A stretch of DNA of 64,000 nt from Escherichia coli. Its GTDB lineage: Bacteria; Pseudomonadota; Gammaproteobacteria; Enterobacterales; Enterobacteriaceae. Location: NCBI RefSeq assembly GCF_044324875.1, contig NZ_CP172185.1. One strand, 5' to 3'. Below are positions 31,606 to 44,322 of the stretch, in pieces (positions within the stretch are counted from its first letter, which is position 1; each line of letters begins with the position of its first letter). A program made the translations under genes and the position numbers. The notes below the pieces were generated by a model. It ran no database searches. It was not told the origin of the DNA and saw nothing but the letters and a program-made list of their open reading frames with translations.

Positions 31606-33168
31606 ATGAACTCGTTTTCACTTCTGACAACCCCGTGGTTGCCCGTTCGTTATAAAGACGGAACGACAGGCAAACTGGCGCCTGTCGATCTGGCGGATGA
31701 AAATGTTGTCGATATTGCTGCGCCACGGGCAGATCTCCAGGGAGCGGCATGGCAGTTTTTGCTGGGGCTACTACAAACCAGCTTTGCGCCAAAAGATCAT
31801 CGTCGTTGGGATGATATCTGGGAAGACGGACTGGAATCTGAAAAGCTACGGGAAGCATTGCTGTCCTTAGAACACGCTTTCCAGTTTGGGCCAGATTCCC
31901 CTTCATTTATGCAGGATTTCGAGGCGCTCACAGGAGATAAAGTTCAGGTCGCTTCGCTACTGCCTGAGATTCCCGGCGCTCAAACAACGAAGTTTAATAA
32001 AGACCACTTTATCAAGCGTGGTGTAACGGAATACCTGTGCCCACATTGTTCTGCGTTAGCTCTGTTCTCCCTACAGTTAAATGCGCCGTCAGGTGGTAAA
32101 GGCTACCGCACCGGTTTACGCGGCGGTGGGCCGATGACCACTCTGATTGAATTACAGGAATATCAGGGCAATCAACAAACGCCCTTGTGGCGCAAACTGT
32201 GGCTCAATGTGATGCCGCAGGACGAAGCCGACTTACCGCTACCCAAAAAATTTGACGATCTGGTTTTCCCCTGGCTTGGCCCGACGCGTACCAGCGAACT
32301 GGCCGGTGCGGTGGTAACCGATGATCAGGTTAATAAACTCCAGGCGTACTGGGGAATGCCGCGGCGTATTCGTATTGATTTTAATACCACGACAGTCGGC
32401 AACTGCGATATTTGCGGCGAGCAGAACGACGCGCTCCTGAGCCTGATGACGACCAAAAATTACGGCGCGAATTATGCCATGTGGCAGCATCCCTTAACGC
32501 CTTACCGTGTACCCCTTAAAGAGGGCGGCGAGTTTTACTCGGTCAAACCACAACCAGGCGGTTTAATCTGGCGCGACTGGTTAGGCCTTATCGAAACGGG
32601 TAAATCAGAAAACAATACGGAACTTCCCGCGCTGGTGGTGAAACTCTTTAATGCCAGCAGTCTCAAGCAGGCAAAAGTGGGCCTGTGGGGATTTGGTTAT
32701 GATTTTGACAACATGAAAGCGCGCTGTTGGTACGAACACCATTTTCCGCTGCTGCTCGATAAAAAAGAAGGCCAGATACCGAAGCTGCGGCTGGCTGCGC
32801 AAACGGCTTCACGGATTCTGAGTCTGTTACGGAGTGCATTGAAAGAAGCGTGGTTCTCCGATCCAAAAGGTGCACGGGGTGATTTCAGTTTTGTGGATAT
32901 CGACTTCTGGAACAAAACTCAGCATCGCTTCCTGAGGTTAGTGCGCCACATTGAAGAAGGTCAGGATGCGGATGAATTACTCAGCAAATGGCAAAAGGAA
33001 ATTTGGTTATTCGCGCGTCAGGATTTTGACGAGCGTGTCTTCACCAATCCATATGAGCCCGTTGATTTGAAACGCGTCATGACCGCGCGCAAGAAATATT
33101 TTACAACATCGGCGGAGAAGCAAAATGCTAAAGCCGCCAGGGAGAAAAAGCAGGAGGCTGCTGAATGA
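31606..33168 (+). CDS. casA: Cascade large subunit Cse1/CasA
   Basis: ORF 31537..33168; start set at ATG 31606 (MNSFSLLTTPWLPVR), 6 nt after GAGG; size and position fit Cse1. Confidence 0.85.
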   Translation: MNSFSLLTTPWLPVRYKDGTTGKLAPVDLADENVVDIAAPRADLQGAAWQFLLGLLQTSFAPKDHRRWDDIWEDGLESEKLREALLSLEHAFQFGPDSPSFMQDFEALTGDKVQVASLLPEIPGAQTTKFNKDHFIKRGVTEYLCPHCSALALFSLQLNAPSGGKGYRTGLRGGGPMTTLIELQEYQGNQQTPLWRKLWLNVMPQDEADLPLPKKFDDLVFPWLGPTRTSELAGAVVTDDQVNKLQAYWGMPRRIRIDFNTTTVGNCDICGEQNDALLSLMTTKNYGANYAMWQHPLTPYRVPLKEGGEFYSVKPQPGGLIWRDWLGLIETGKSENNTELPALVVKLFNASSLKQAKVGLWGFGYDFDNMKARCWYEHHFPLLLDKKEGQIPKLRLAAQTASRILSLLRSALKEAWFSDPKGARGDFSFVDIDFWNKTQHRFLRLVRHIEEGQDADELLSKWQKEIWLFARQDFDERVFTNPYEPVDLKRVMTARKKYFTTSAEKQNAKAAREKKQEAAE

Positions 33169-33701
33169 GTATTGTAAAAGAGGAGCACAAAGCCACGCTG
33201 CGTAAATGGCACGAAGAGTTGCAGGAAAAACGCGGCAATCGTGCCAGTCTGCGGCGTAGCACAACGGTTAATGATGTTTGTCTGTCAGAAGGGTTTCGTT
33301 CTCTGCTGATGCAGACCCACACTTTGTGGAAAATTGAAGCACAAGAGTGGCGTTTTACCGCACTGGCGCTGGTCGCCGCAGTTAGCGCCAATGTTAAAGC
33401 TATTGATGAACGGCAGCCTTTTGCCGCGCAGCTGGCGGCGGTAATGTCGGAGGGGCGTTTTACTCGCCTGTCGGCAGTAAAAACGCCTGATGATTTACTG
33501 CGTCAGTTACGTCGCGCGGTCAAATTATTAAATGGTTCCGTCAATCTTATCTCTTTGGCAGAAGATATTTTCCGCTGGTGCCAGGAGAGCGACGACCTGC
33601 TCAATCATCACCGCCGCCAGCAGCGGCCAACAGAATTTATCCGTATCCGCTGGGCGCTGGAATATTACCAGGCTGGCGACGCCGATAACGAACAAAATTA
33701 A
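33165..33701 (+). CDS. casB: Cascade small subunit Cse2/CasB
   Basis: 178 aa; start overlaps casA stop (ATGA). Confidence 0.85.
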   Translation: MSIVKEEHKATLRKWHEELQEKRGNRASLRRSTTVNDVCLSEGFRSLLMQTHTLWKIEAQEWRFTALALVAAVSANVKAIDERQPFAAQLAAVMSEGRFTRLSAVKTPDDLLRQLRRAVKLLNGSVNLISLAEDIFRWCQESDDLLNHHRRQQRPTEFIRIRWALEYYQAGDADNEQN

Positions 33702-33715
33702 TAAAGGACTATCTC

Positions 33716-34771
33716 ATGACGACATTTATTCAGCTTCATTTGTTAACCGCTTACCCTGCTGCCAACCTTAACCGTGATGACACCGGTGCGCCAAAAACTG
33801 TGGTACTGGGTGGAGCAACGCGTCTGCGCGTTTCCTCACAAAGTCTGAAACGTGCGTGGCGCACTTCTGCACTTTTTGAACAGGCACTGGCGGGCCATAT
33901 TGGTATTCGCAGTGGGCGTATTGCGCGTGAGGCGGCAACTATCCTGATTGAGAAAGGCATCGAAGAGAAAAAAGCCATCGAATGGGCGGCAAAAATTGCG
34001 GATTATCTTGGGAAAGCTAAAAACGACAAAAAACCAAAAGATCCGCTCACTAACGCCGAAACTGAACAGCTAGTCCATATCAGCCCGGCAGAATTTGACG
34101 CCGTAAAAGCGCTGGCCCATCAACTGGCCGAAGAAAAGCGCGCGCCAAAAGAGGAAGATCTCGCTTTGTTACGTAAAGATCGCATGGCGGTAGATATCGC
34201 TATGTTTGGTCGTATGCTGGCGAATAAACCCGAATTTAATGTTGAAGCCGCCTGCCAGGTCGCGCATGCATTTGGTGTCAGTGAAACGATTGTCGAAGAT
34301 GATTTTTTCACCGCCGTTGATGATTTGCGCCAGGCTTCTGAAGATGCCGGTGCCGGGCATCTTGGTGAAACCGGATTCGGTTCTGCGCTGTTCTACACCT
34401 ATATCTGCATCGATAAAGATCTGCTGGTCGAAAACCTCGGCGGTGACGAAGCGTTAGCTAATCAGACCTTGCGCGCCTTTACGGAAGCCGCACTTAAAGT
34501 CTCCCCAACCGGCAAACAGAACAGCTTTGCCAGCCGTGCCTACGCCTCCTGGGCGCTGGCAGAAAAAGGCACTGAACAACCACGCTCTCTGGCGGCGGCT
34601 TTCTATGAACCCATTAATGGCACCCGGCAGTTAGATGTGGCGGTGCAGCGTATTACAACGCTTCGCGAAAATATGAATACGGTCTATGAACAGAAGACCG
34701 AATGCGCAAGCTTTGACGTGATGAACAAACAGGGAAGCATGAAGGACGTGCTGGACTTTATCTGCGCGTAA
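33716..34771 (+). CDS. casC: Cascade backbone Cas7e/CasC
   Basis: 351 aa; position and size in the type I-E operon. Confidence 0.88.
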   Translation: MTTFIQLHLLTAYPAANLNRDDTGAPKTVVLGGATRLRVSSQSLKRAWRTSALFEQALAGHIGIRSGRIAREAATILIEKGIEEKKAIEWAAKIADYLGKAKNDKKPKDPLTNAETEQLVHISPAEFDAVKALAHQLAEEKRAPKEEDLALLRKDRMAVDIAMFGRMLANKPEFNVEAACQVAHAFGVSETIVEDDFFTAVDDLRQASEDAGAGHLGETGFGSALFYTYICIDKDLLVENLGGDEALANQTLRAFTEAALKVSPTGKQNSFASRAYASWALAEKGTEQPRSLAAAFYEPINGTRQLDVAVQRITTLRENMNTVYEQKTECASFDVMNKQGSMKDVLDFICA

Positions 34772-34781
34772 GGGGCGGCTA

Positions 34782-35528
34782 ATGAGCCAATATTTGATTT
34801 TTCAGCTTCATGGGCCAATGGCATCCTGGGGCGTCGATGCCCCCGGCGAAGTGCGTCATACCCATGAACTGCCTTCGCGCTCAGCATTGCTGGGGCTGCT
34901 GGCTGCCGGGGTAGGGATTCGGCGTGATGATACCGAACGATTAAACGCGTTTAACCGCCACTATTCACTGGTGGTTTGCGCCAGCCGTAACCCGCGCTGG
35001 GCACGGGATTATCACACGGTCCAGATGCCAAAAGAGGTGCGTAAAGCGCGTTATTTCAGCCGTCGCGAAGAGTTGAGCGCCCCTGATCTTCTGAGCGCGA
35101 TTATCTCCCGGCGCGACTACTACACCGATGCCTGGTGGATGGTGGCGGTGGCAACAACCCCCGATGCGCCTTACAGGCTTGAACAGTTGCAGGACGGTTT
35201 ACGTCATCCGGTTTTTCCGCTTTATCTGGGGCGAAAAAGTCATCCGCTGGCGTTACCACTTGCGCCGTTACTGCTCGAAGGCAACGCGTCTGATGTCTTA
35301 CGTAACGCATACCAACAGTATCAGGATAGTTTCCGCGAACTGAAAGTCTCACTCCCGAAACTTCAGGATGAATGCTGGTGGGAAGGGGAACACGACGGCC
35401 TGGTCGCGAGCAAAATATTACGTCGCCGGGATGTTCCTTTAAATCGTCAGCAGTGGCTGTTTGGGGAACGCACCATCAATCAGGGGCCGTGGCTCAGCAA
35501 GGAGGAACCATGTACCTCTCAAGAATAA
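34782..35528 (+). CDS. casD: Cascade Cas5e/CasD
   Basis: 248 aa; position and size in the type I-E operon. Confidence 0.85.
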   Translation: MSQYLIFQLHGPMASWGVDAPGEVRHTHELPSRSALLGLLAAGVGIRRDDTERLNAFNRHYSLVVCASRNPRWARDYHTVQMPKEVRKARYFSRREELSAPDLLSAIISRRDYYTDAWWMVAVATTPDAPYRLEQLQDGLRHPVFPLYLGRKSHPLALPLAPLLLEGNASDVLRNAYQQYQDSFRELKVSLPKLQDECWWEGEHDGLVASKILRRRDVPLNRQQWLFGERTINQGPWLSKEEPCTSQE

Positions 35529-36156
35529 CCTTACATACCGGCCAGCTTTTGCCTGCGCAGTTGCTGCATTTGGTGGATCGCGGTGAATATGTAATGCATC
35601 AGTGGCTGTGGGATCTTTTTCCTGGCGGCAAAGAAAGGCAATTTCTTTATCGTCGGGAAGAACTCCAGGGGGCGTTTCGCTTTTTTGTCCTGTCGCAGGA
35701 ACGCCCGGCGGAAAGTGATATTTTCACCATCGAATGCCGACCATTTGCGCCAGAGTTGCGTACCGGACAATCCCTTTGTTTCAACCTGCGGGCGAATCCA
35801 ACAATTTGTAAAGCGGGCAAACGCCACGACTTGCTGATGGAGGCGAAACGGCAGGTGAGGGGGCAGGTGGAAGGAAGTGATGTCTGGTTGCATCAACAAC
35901 AGGCGGCGCTGGACTGGCTGGCAGCGCAGGGGGAAAGAAGCGGTTTTACACTACTGGATACCTCGGTCGATGCCTACCGACAACAGCAACTGCGGCGGGA
36001 AAACTCCCGGCAACTGATCCAGTTCAGTAGCGTGGATTATACGGGGATGCTTACGGTCACCGATCCTGGGTTATTTCTGCAACGTCTCAGTCAGGGGTAT
36101 GGCAAAAGCCGGGCGTTCGGTTGTGGTCTGATGCTGATCAAACCCGGAGCAGAGGC

Positions 36157-36160
<4 letters not shown>
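35510..36160 (+). CDS. casE: Cas6e/CasE pre-crRNA endoribonuclease
   Basis: ORF 35372..36160; start set at ATG 35510 (MYLSRITL) after AGGAGG; overlaps casD end. Confidence 0.88.
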
Positions 36161-37370
<1,210 letters not shown>

Positions 37371-37466
37371 GTTAGACGTTCTTTAAAAATAAGGAAATGT
37401 TTGAATTTAGTTGGTAGATTGTTGATGTGGAATAAATTTGTTTAAAAACAGATATGTATGCTTAGT
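37371..37466 (+). promoter_or_regulatory. CRISPR leader for cas-adjacent array
   Basis: AT-rich 96 bp between cas2 stop and first repeat; contains AGTTGGTAGATTGT at 37409..37422. Confidence 0.75.
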
Positions 37467-37983
37467 GTGTTCCCCGCGCCAGCGGGGATAAACCGCTTTT
37501 GTTTCTGATTTCTACGCCTGTGGGTAAGTGTTCCCCGCGCCAGCGGGGATAAACCGGAGCAACTACTCGCAGCACAACAGGCAGGTAGGTGTTCCCCGCG
37601 CCAGCGGGGATAAACCGTTTTCTCTAATTACAGTGATTTTTCAAAATCCGTGTTCCCCGCGCCAGCGGGGATAAACCGCGATTCAAAAATAAAATGACGA
37701 CGGAGGAGGCGTGTTCCCCGCGCCAGCGGGGATAAACCGCCGTCGAAGTGACCATGCTCTTTCATTGTGATGTGTTCCCCGCGCCAGCGGGGATAAACCG
37801 AACACAGCGTAAAACCGTCGCAGCCATGCCGAGAGTTCCCCGCGCCAGTGGGGATAAACCGATTGGTCGGTTATGCATCCTGCTAACCAGATTGTGTTCC
37901 CCGCACCAGCGGGGATAAACCGTAATATTAGACTAATGTTTTTTTGTTGAGTTCGTGTTCCCCCGCCACTGCGGTAGAACTCC
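37467..37983 (+). CRISPR. Type I-E CRISPR array, 9 repeats / 8 spacers (repeat GTGTTCCCCGCGCCAGCGGGGATAAACCG; terminal repeat degenerate)
   Basis: Repeats start at 37467, 37528, 37589, 37650, 37711, 37772, 37833, 37894, 37955 (61-bp period); repeats 7 and 8 carry point changes; repeat 9 is GTGTTCCCCCGCCACTGCGGTAGAACTCC. Confidence 0.97.
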
Positions 37984-38004
37984 CAGCTCCCATTTTCATA
38001 CCCA

Positions 38005-39042
38005 TCAAGACGCCTTCGCCAGCTCCTTCACCAGCGGTAGCATTATCCGCATAACATCACGGCAGCGACGTTCTATTCTTCCTGGAAGTGCCTTATCAAT
38101 ATGTTGTTGATTATCCAGTCTTACGTCATGCCAGCTATTTCCCGCAGGGAATGCAGCTGTTTTTGCGCGTTGCTGATAACCATCCTTATTCCCAAGATTC
38201 CAATTTGTTGCTTCTACCGAAAGTACGGCAATACCGGCTTTGTCGAAAACTTCGGCGTCATTACAACAGCCAGTACCCTTCGGATAATTTTTATTCAAAC
38301 CCGGATTGGTCGTTGCGGCAATTCCATGACTACGCGCAATTGCCAGTGCCCTGTCGCGCGTTAATTTCCTTACTGCTTCAGGGGTTTTTACACCACTGTT
38401 GAAATACAATTTATCGCCAACAATTAAGTTATCGAGATTAATCACCAGCAGCGTATTTTTCTTTTCGGTGTCACTCATCCGCTTGAGTAAATTCTCAGCT
38501 CCTAATTTCCCTTCCTCTTCACCACTGGTCGCCACAAATCGAATACCATACTCGGTAGGCGTATTTTTCAGGCGTTCTGCCAGTTCCAGCATGACACCTA
38601 AACCTGCGGCGTTATCATCCATTCCTTGTAACGTCAGTCCGCCGAGATTGGCATCGGCGTCAGCATCGCTCAGCGGGGCGTAAGTATCCAGATGCGCCAT
38701 AATGATGATCTGCTGCGGCGCTTTGCCTTCATGAGCGGCAATCACCGTACTTCCCGTCACGTTATGCCAGCTCTTGCGATTATCGCGGGCGGTATAAATA
38801 TACCGACTATTAAATGTCCGAATATCACTGCGATAACCCATTTGCTGAAACTGTTGGCGAATATAATCGGCAGATAACATTTCTGCAGGAGTTCCGGTCA
38901 TGCGTCCCGGAAAGAAAGTAGCAATATGTCGTGCCTGGGTATTAGCAAAATCGCCAGGTTTAGGTGACGAGGCGTGTACGGGGAGAATAAAGCATACGCC
39001 GAGCGCCAGGGCAGCGGTACGGTGGCGCAATGCGGAAAACAT
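38005..39042 (-). CDS. iap: Alkaline phosphatase isozyme conversion aminopeptidase (M28 family)
   Basis: 345 aa with signal peptide; position flanking the CRISPR array. Confidence 0.92.
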   Translation of the reverse strand: MFSALRHRTAALALGVCFILPVHASSPKPGDFANTQARHIATFFPGRMTGTPAEMLSADYIRQQFQQMGYRSDIRTFNSRYIYTARDNRKSWHNVTGSTVIAAHEGKAPQQIIIMAHLDTYAPLSDADADANLGGLTLQGMDDNAAGLGVMLELAERLKNTPTEYGIRFVATSGEEEGKLGAENLLKRMSDTEKKNTLLVINLDNLIVGDKLYFNSGVKTPEAVRKLTRDRALAIARSHGIAATTNPGLNKNYPKGTGCCNDAEVFDKAGIAVLSVEATNWNLGNKDGYQQRAKTAAFPAGNSWHDVRLDNQQHIDKALPGRIERRCRDVMRIMLPLVKELAKAS

Positions 39043-39293
39043 AGTGAGTCCTTAAATACCATGCAAATTTTTTTACCGCCATAGTATGAAACTGCCGCTG
39101 CGCTAAAACAATTTCAAATCTTCCTAAACGCCCGAAATCCGGTGGCTTAAGCACTTTTTGATATTAGCTTTGCCAAATCGTTATTCCGTTAAGGAACTAC
39201 TCATTCTAATTGGTAATTTCATTCGTTCTCTTACGCTCCCTATAGTCGAAACATCTGATGGCAAGAAAATAGCGGTATTGCAAAGGAACGGTT

Positions 39294-40202
39294 ATGGATC
39301 AAAAACGACTTACTCACCTGCGGCAACTGGAGGCGGAAAGCATCCACATTATTCGCGAGGTGGCGGCAGAATTCTCAAATCCGGTGATGCTCTACTCTAT
39401 CGGTAAAGATTCCAGCGTCATGCTGCATCTGGCGCGCAAGGCGTTTTATCCAGGTACGCTGCCTTTCCCGTTGCTGCATGTCGATACCGGCTGGAAATTC
39501 CGCGAGATGTATGAGTTCCGCGATCGTACGGCGAAAGCCTACGGCTGCGAGCTGCTGGTGCATAAAAACCCGGAAGGCGTGGCGATGGGGATTAATCCAT
39601 TCGTGCACGGCAGCGCGAAACATACCGATATTATGAAAACTGAAGGCCTGAAACAGGCGCTGAACAAATACGGTTTTGATGCCGCCTTCGGTGGTGCGCG
39701 CCGTGACGAAGAGAAATCCCGCGCTAAAGAGCGAATCTACTCTTTCCGTGACCGCTTCCATCGCTGGGATCCGAAAAATCAGCGCCCGGAGCTGTGGCAC
39801 AACTACAACGGGCAAATTAACAAAGGCGAAAGCATCCGCGTCTTCCCGCTCTCTAACTGGACCGAGCAGGATATCTGGCAATACATCTGGCTGGAAAATA
39901 TTGACATTGTTCCACTGTATCTCGCTGCGGAACGACCGGTTCTGGAACGCGACGGTATGTTGATGATGATTGATGACAACCGTATCGACCTGCAACCGGG
40001 AGAAGTGATTAAAAAACGGATGGTGCGTTTCCGTACGCTGGGCTGCTGGCCGCTGACCGGTGCGGTGGAGTCAAATGCACAAACACTGCCGGAAATCATC
40101 GAAGAGATGCTGGTTTCCACCACCAGTGAACGCCAGGGTCGCGTGATTGACCGCGACCAGGCGGGGTCTATGGAGCTGAAAAAACGTCAGGGGTATTTTT
40201 AA
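39294..40202 (+). CDS. cysD: Sulfate adenylyltransferase subunit 2
   Basis: 302 aa; PAPS-reductase-like fold ([12 protein letters not shown]). Confidence 0.96.
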   Translation: MDQKRLTHLRQLEAESIHIIREVAAEFSNPVMLYSIGKDSSVMLHLARKAFYPGTLPFPLLHVDTGWKFREMYEFRDRTAKAYGCELLVHKNPEGVAMGINPFVHGSAKHTDIMKTEGLKQALNKYGFDAAFGGARRDEEKSRAKERIYSFRDRFHRWDPKNQRPELWHNYNGQINKGESIRVFPLSNWTEQDIWQYIWLENIDIVPLYLAAERPVLERDGMLMMIDDNRIDLQPGEVIKKRMVRFRTLGCWPLTGAVESNAQTLPEIIEEMLVSTTSERQGRVIDRDQAGSMELKKRQGYF

Positions 40203-40203
40203 G

Positions 40204-41631
40204 ATGAACACCGCACTTGCACAACAAATCGCCAATGAAGGCGGCGTCGAAGCCTGGATGATTGCGCAACAACATAAAAGCCTGCTGCGTTTTCTGACCT
40301 GTGGTAGCGTCGATGACGGCAAAAGTACCCTGATTGGTCGCCTGCTGCACGATACCCGCCAAATCTACGAAGATCAGCTCTCATCGCTGCATAACGACAG
40401 TAAACGTCACGGCACCCAGGGCGAAAAACTGGATCTGGCACTGCTGGTGGACGGCCTGCAAGCTGAGCGCGAACAGGGCATCACCATTGACGTGGCTTAC
40501 CGTTATTTCTCTACCGAGAAGCGTAAATTTATTATCGCCGATACCCCAGGGCACGAGCAGTACACTCGCAATATGGCGACTGGCGCATCGACATGTGAAC
40601 TGGCGATCTTACTGATCGATGCCCGTAAAGGCGTGCTCGATCAAACCCGTCGTCACAGTTTTATCTCCACACTGTTGGGGATCAAACATCTGGTCGTGGC
40701 GATCAACAAAATGGATCTGGTGGGTTACAGTGAAGAGACGTTCACCCGTATTCGCGAAGATTATCTGACGTTTGCCGGGCAGCTGCCGGGTAATCTGGAT
40801 ATCCGCTTTGTGCCGCTCTCTGCACTGGAAGGCGACAACGTGGCTTCGCAAAGTGAAAGTATGCCGTGGTACAGCGGTCCGACACTGCTCGAAGTGCTGG
40901 AAACCGTGGAGATCCAGCGAGTGGTGGATGCCCAGCCAATGCGCTTCCCGGTGCAGTACGTTAATCGCCCGAATCTCGATTTTCGTGGCTACGCCGGAAC
41001 GCTTGCCTCCGGTCGCGTGGAAGTCGGGCAACGTGTCAAAGTGCTGCCCTCTGGTGTGGAATCAAACGTCGCGCGGATCGTGACTTTTGATGGCGATCGC
41101 GAAGAAGCCTTTGCCGGAGAAGCGATCACCCTGGTGCTGACGGATGAGATCGACATCAGCCGTGGCGATCTGCTGCTGGCGGCAGACGAAGCGTTACCGG
41201 CTGTGCAGAGCGCGTCGGTGGATGTGGTATGGATGGCGGAACAGCCGCTTTCCCCAGGCCAGAGTTACGACATCAAAATTGCCGGTAAGAAGACGCGTGC
41301 TCGTGTTGATGGCATTCGTTATCAGGTTGATATTAATAACCTTACCCAACGCGAAGTTGAAAACCTGCCGCTGAACGGCATCGGCCTGGTGGATCTCACT
41401 TTTGACGAGCCACTGGTGTTAGATCGTTATCAGCAAAACCCGGTTACCGGTGGGCTGATTTTTATCGATCGCCTGAGCAATGTGACCGTGGGTGCCGGTA
41501 TGGTGCACGAGCCAGTTAGCCAGGCAACTACTGCGCCATCTGAATTCAGTGCATTCGAACTGGAATTGAATGCCCTGGTTCGCCGCCACTTTCCACACTG
41601 GGGCGCGCGCGATTTGCTGGGGGATAAATAA
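40204..41631 (+). CDS. cysN: Sulfate adenylyltransferase subunit 1 (GTPase)
   Basis: 475 aa; GTP-binding motifs [18 protein letters not shown]. Confidence 0.96.
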
Positions 41632-42236
41632 TGGCGCTGCATGACGAAAACGTCGTCTGGCATAGCCATCCGGTCACTGTGCAACAACGCGAGCTACACC
41701 ACGGTCATCGTGGTGTAGTGCTGTGGTTTACCGGCCTCTCCGGGTCCGGTAAATCAACGGTCGCCGGGGCGCTGGAGGAGGCGTTACATAAACTCGGCGT
41801 CAGTACGTATCTGCTGGATGGCGACAATGTTCGCCATGGATTATGCAGCGATCTCGGTTTTAGCGATGCCGATCGTAAAGAGAATATCCGTCGCGTCGGT
41901 GAAGTGGCGAATTTGATGGTTGAAGCCGGACTGGTGGTGCTGACCGCATTCATCTCGCCACACCGCGCCGAACGCCAGATGGTTCGCGAACGCGTAGGAG
42001 AAGGGCGCTTTATCGAAGTGTTTGTCGATACACCGCTGGCGATTTGCGAAGCCCGCGATCCAAAAGGCTTATATAAGAAAGCGCGTGCCGGTGAACTGCG
42101 TAACTTTACGGGAATAGATTCCGTTTACGAAGCGCCTGAATCGGCAGAAATTCATCTCAATGGTGAACAATTAGTAACAAATTTGGTACAGCAATTATTA
42201 GATCTGTTGAGACAGAACGATATTATCAGATCCTGA
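41631..42236 (+). CDS. cysC: Adenylylsulfate (APS) kinase
   Basis: 201 aa; P-loop GLSGSGKST. Confidence 0.96.
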
Positions 42237-42285
42237 GACACCACCGGGTTTCCATGCCCGGTTCGTCAAAGTAACAGGATCAAAT

Positions 42286-42609
42286 ATGCGTAATAGCCAT
42301 AACATTACACTAACAAATAACGACAGCCTTACTGAGGATGAAGAAACCACATGGTCACTGCCTGGTGCCGTGGTCGGTTTTATCTCCTGGTTATTTGCGC
42401 TGGCGATGCCGATGTTGATTTATGGCTCTAACACGCTGTTCTTCTTTATCTACACCTGGCCTTTCTTTTTGGCACTGATGCCTGTCGCGGTAGTGGTGGG
42501 GATTGCGCTGCATTCATTGATGGACGGAAAGCTACGCTACAGTATTGTTTTCACCCTGATGACAGTAGGCATTATGTTTAGCGCACTGTTTATGTGGCTA
42601 CTGGGCTAA
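42286..42609 (+). CDS. ygbE: Small inner-membrane protein
   Basis: 107 aa, hydrophobic; position between cysC and ftsB. Confidence 0.75.
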   Translation: MRNSHNITLTNNDSLTEDEETTWSLPGAVVGFISWLFALAMPMLIYGSNTLFFFIYTWPFFLALMPVAVVVGIALHSLMDGKLRYSIVFTLMTVGIMFSALFMWLLG

Positions 42610-42802
42610 TTTGTACTTTCTTGTCTCCTCTGTTCATAATTCAAACCGTAACTAATAATGAGATTATGTTCTGCACGCCCTGGGTATACGTAACAATGGA
42701 CAAATGTGGTACATTTGCCCGCGTTGTCGCGGTATCCCCAACAGAGGATGTAGAGTCATCTTCGGATGCATGGGATGATGATGCCGTTTTTCAGGGGGCA
42801 GG

Positions 42803-43114
42803 ATGGGTAAACTAACGCTGCTGTTGCTGGCTATTCTGGTCTGGCTACAGTATTCGCTGTGGTTCGGTAAGAACGGTATACATGACTATACCCGCGTCAA
42901 TGATGATGTGGCGGCACAGCAAGCTACAAACGCGAAACTTAAAGCGCGAAACGATCAACTTTTTGCCGAAATTGACGATCTCAATGGCGGCCAGGAGGCG
43001 CTCGAAGAGCGTGCGCGTAATGAACTCAGCATGACCAGGCCGGGCGAAACTTTTTATCGTCTGGTGCCTGACGCGTCGAAGCGCGCACAGTCTGCGGGGC
43101 AAAACAATCGATAA
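42803..43114 (+). CDS. ftsB: Cell division protein FtsB
   Basis: 103 aa; N-terminal TM + coiled coil. Confidence 0.92.
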
Positions 43115-43132
43115 ATCAGCCCAGGAATTAAC

Positions 43133-43843
43133 ATGGCAACCACTCATTTGGATGTTTGCGCCGTGGTTCCGGCGGCCGGATTTGGCCGTCGAATGCAAAC
43201 GGAATGTCCTAAGCAATATCTCTCAATCGGTAATCAAACCATTCTTGAACACTCGGTGCATGCGCTGCTGGCGCATCCCCGGGTGACACGTGTCGTCATT
43301 GCCATAAGTCCTGGCGATAGCCGTTTTGCACAACTTCCTCTGGCGAATCATCCGCAAATCACCGTTGTAGATGGCGGTGATGAGCGTGCCGATTCCGTGC
43401 TGGCAGGTCTGAAAGCCGCTGGCGACGCGCAGTGGGTATTGGTGCATGACGCCGCTCGTCCTTGTCTGCATCAGGATGACCTCGCGCGATTGTTGGCGTT
43501 GAGCGAAACCAGCCGCACGGGGGGGATCCTCGCCGCACCAGTGCGCGATACGATGAAACGTGCCGAACCGGGCAAAAATGCCATTGCTCATACCGTTGAT
43601 CGCAACGGCTTATGGCACGCGCTGACGCCGCAATTTTTCCCTCGTGAGCTGTTACATGACTGCCTGACGCGCGCTCTAAATGAAGGCGCTACCATTACCG
43701 ACGAAGCCTCGGCGCTGGAATATTGCGGATTTCATCCGCAGTTGGTCGAAGGCCGCGCGGATAACATTAAAGTCACGCGCCCGGAAGATTTGGCACTGGC
43801 CGAGTTTTACCTCACCCGAACCATCCATCAGGAGAATACATAA
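43133..43843 (+). CDS. ispD: 2-C-methyl-D-erythritol 4-phosphate cytidylyltransferase
   Basis: 236 aa; [10 protein letters not shown] nucleotide-binding motif. Confidence 0.95.
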
Positions 43844-44322
43844 TGCGAATTGGACACGGTTTTGACGTACACGCCTTTGGCGGTGAAGGCCCAATTATCA
43901 TTGGTGGCGTACGCATTCCTTACGAAAAAGGATTGCTGGCGCATTCTGATGGCGACGTGGCGCTCCATGCGTTGACCGATGCATTGCTTGGCGCGGCGGC
44001 GCTGGGGGATATCGGCAAACTGTTCCCGGATACCGATCCGGCATTTAAAGGTGCCGACAGCCGCGAGCTGCTACGCGAAGCCTGGCGTCGTATTCAGGCG
44101 AAGGGTTATACCCTGGGCAACGTCGATGTCACTATCATCGCTCAGGCACCGAAGATGTTGCCGCACATTCCACAAATGCGCGTGTTTATTGCCGAAGATC
44201 TCGGCTGCCATATGGATGATGTTAACGTGAAAGCCACTACTACGGAAAAACTTGGATTTACCGGACGTGGGGAAGGGATTGCCTGTGAAGCGGTGGCGCT
44301 ACTCATTAAGGCAACAAAATGA
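43843..44322 (+). CDS. ispF: 2-C-methyl-D-erythritol 2,4-cyclodiphosphate synthase
   Basis: 159 aa; IGHGFDVH zinc-site motif. Confidence 0.95.

Noticed and set aside
42594-42815. 73-aa ORF between ygbE and ftsB
   Set aside because: No convincing RBS, overlaps the ftsB start region, no recognisable features; probably non-coding
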